Positions 62,200 through 64,000 of a stretch of 64,000 nucleotides of DNA are shown piece after piece. The notes under the pieces are model-generated. The model was not told the DNA's origin. It did no database searches and saw nothing but the letters and a program-made list of their open reading frames with translations. The stretch spans positions 54,197,657 to 54,261,656 of the forward strand of contig JAUZTB010000064.1 of assembly GCA_034780895.1 (NCBI GenBank). Reading direction: 5' to 3'. Numbering within the stretch: the stretch's first letter is position 1; each line of letters begins with the position of its first letter. The position numbers and the translations under genes are program-made. The stretch is from Rhynchobatus australiae. Its lineage: Eukaryota.

Positions 62200-62445
62200 T
62201 TGTGGGATCATGATTTTATTTCTGCATTGCTCTATTGTGTGGGCATTCTCAGTGCAACAGCCACCTCCTGCAAGCTCCTCTAATGCTGTCACACAGAACC
62301 TTTCTTCAGGCAACTATGAGTCACCTGCCCCAGATGTCGCACAGAACCTTTTTCCTGGCATCTAAGACATTTAGAAGGATGTGGGTATCTCTTTCAGTGA
62401 ACATGACAATGGTATCCCTTTCCTCTGCTGCTGTGTCTCCTCCAT
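62200..62445 (-). mobile_element. PIF/Harbinger-like Myb/SANT ORF remnant
   Basis: Frameshifted segments FTERDTHILLNVLDARKKVL / LQEVAVAL / HTIEQCRNKI follow the Myb/SANT-like helix pattern. Confidence 0.6.
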
Positions 62446-62844
62446 AGCTTCCCAAGTGCATGTTGCTGCTATGTTTCTACCATAAAGAGTTTGCCTTTAA
62501 GGGCTGATGCCCTCTCTGATGCTGTGCAGGAAAGTATCTGGAGATATACAAAACTGCCTGAGGTTTTGGCAGGAATAGCACAGTTCCTGAATTTAGTGCT
62601 TGTTACCATGTGATAAACATCCTAAAGCTGTATCAAACTGAATTTTGGCCAATTTTGCATTTTTTCCTCTGGGACGCTTTAGGGGAGCAATTGACATTAA
62701 TGCTAAATCCAACTGTTTTAAAACACCAAAGGTGTGCGTGATCCAACTTCCAGATATTTTTGAAACCTATCCTCCCCATGCCTACCTCCATCGCACTTGT
62801 ACATTATCTCCATTACACTGTATCAATCTTCTGTCTAACTATCA

Positions 62845-62925
62845 ATTAAAAACAGAAAATGCTGCAAACAGTTGGCATGTCAAGCTGTACAGAGAATGAA
62901 ACACAGTTAACCTTTCTGGTGGATA
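62845..62925 (-). mobile_element. Penelope pLTR fragment
   Basis: AAAAACAGAAAATGCTG...GAAACACAGTTAAC resembles 6113-6182. Confidence 0.55.
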
Positions 62926-63314
62926 CCAAGCCAAAATAGTAACTCATTTCTCTCTGACTTTTGTCTGATTTTGGTCCAGCTTGTTATAAACTCTGTTGAT
63001 TCTACTCTAGCAAGTTCAGAATTCAGTTTAGATCCCTGTCCTTAAGCACTTTTGTCCCTAATCTGCTTTAGCAACTACTGTGTGACACTCTATTATGGCA
63101 TATTCTCCATGAGTTTCACCTACTAAATGTAATTGTGTATAGAAAGCAAGCTGTGGGGAAAAAGTAAAAACCATTGATCATGTGGCATGAGGTATTATCC
63201 AATCACATTTAGCCCATCAGTCCAGACGTAAAATACAATCTACCTTACCATCACACCAGTTACATTTTATGGTGATTCATTTAGTTGTGTAAAACCAAAA
63301 CACTGCAAATCAGA

Positions 63315-64000
63315 ATAAGTTTGGAAGAACGAACTTGAAGGCAGGGTACAAGATTAATGGCAGGATTCTTAGCAGTGTGGAGGAACAGAGAGATCTTGGG
63401 ATCCAAGTTGCCGCATAAATTGATAGGGTGGTTAAGAAGGCATTGGTGTGCTGGCCTTCATTAGCCAGGGGATTGAGTTCAAGAGCTGAGAAGTAACGTT
63501 GCAGCTCTCCACAACTCTGGTTAGACCACACTTGCAATATTGCGTTCAGTTCTGGTCATCACATTATAGGAAGGATGTGGAAGCTTTGGAGAGGGTGCAG
63601 AGGAGAATTATAAGGATGCTGCCTGGGTTGGAGACCATGTCTTATGAGGAGAGGGTGAGAGAGTTAGGGCTTTTCTTTGGAGCAATGGAAGACGAAAAGA
63701 GATGACAGAGGTATACAAGATTATTAGAGGCATAGACAGAGTGGACAGTCAGCATCTTTTCCCCAGGGCAGTAATAGCCAATACTAGAGGTCACCCACTT
63801 AAGATGCATGGAGGAAAGTTCATGGGAGATGTCAGGGGGTAGTTTTTTTTTTACAGAGTGGTGGGTGGGTGCCTGGAATGCACTACTGGTGGGGGTGGTG
63901 GTAGGGGCCAATATGATAGGATCATTTAAGAGACTTATTAGATAGGCACATGGATGAAAGAAAAATAGAGGGTTGTGGTAGGTGAAGTAGAGAGGGGGAT
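63315..64000 (+). mobile_element. CR1 3' portion running off the window
   Basis: TLVRPHLQYCVQFWSSHYRKDVEALERVQRR...SYEERVRELGLF. Confidence 0.95.

Noticed and set aside
62287-62352. Direct repeat TGTC(A/G)CACAGAACCTTT at 49-bp spacing, CRISPR-like at a glance
   Set aside because: Only two units, inside a Myb/SANT remnant in a vertebrate genome, with no cas genes.

Overview
This is eukaryotic, AT-rich, CpG-depleted vertebrate DNA from a gapped short-read assembly. The repeat complement (V-domain tRNA SINEs, CR1, Rex1/Babar, L2, RTE and Penelope-like elements) points to a cartilaginous fish, probably a batoid; the taxon is inferred from recall of repeat families. No intact protein-coding gene, rRNA, tRNA gene or CRISPR array is supportable, so the window is intergenic or deep intronic. 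It contains a decayed Gypsy LTR element (1-3476), a decayed Penelope RT, a near full-length CR1 with an esterase-type ORF1, other LINE and SINE fragments, and three Harbinger-type Myb/SANT remnants. Three signals stand out. (1) Short Penelope-derived fold-back insertions, two with target-site duplications, carry antiparallel arms that each contain a minimal hammerhead-ribozyme motif. (2) An isolated 126-bp, apparently intron-less fragment of EIF4G2 coding sequence ends at a perfect 10-bp hairpin. (3) The same V-SINE body occurs with either a Rex1/Babar-type or a CR1-type 3' tail, and both partner LINE tails are present in the window. Family assignments come from manual translation and motif recognition, not database searches. 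Boundaries of old repeats are approximate.
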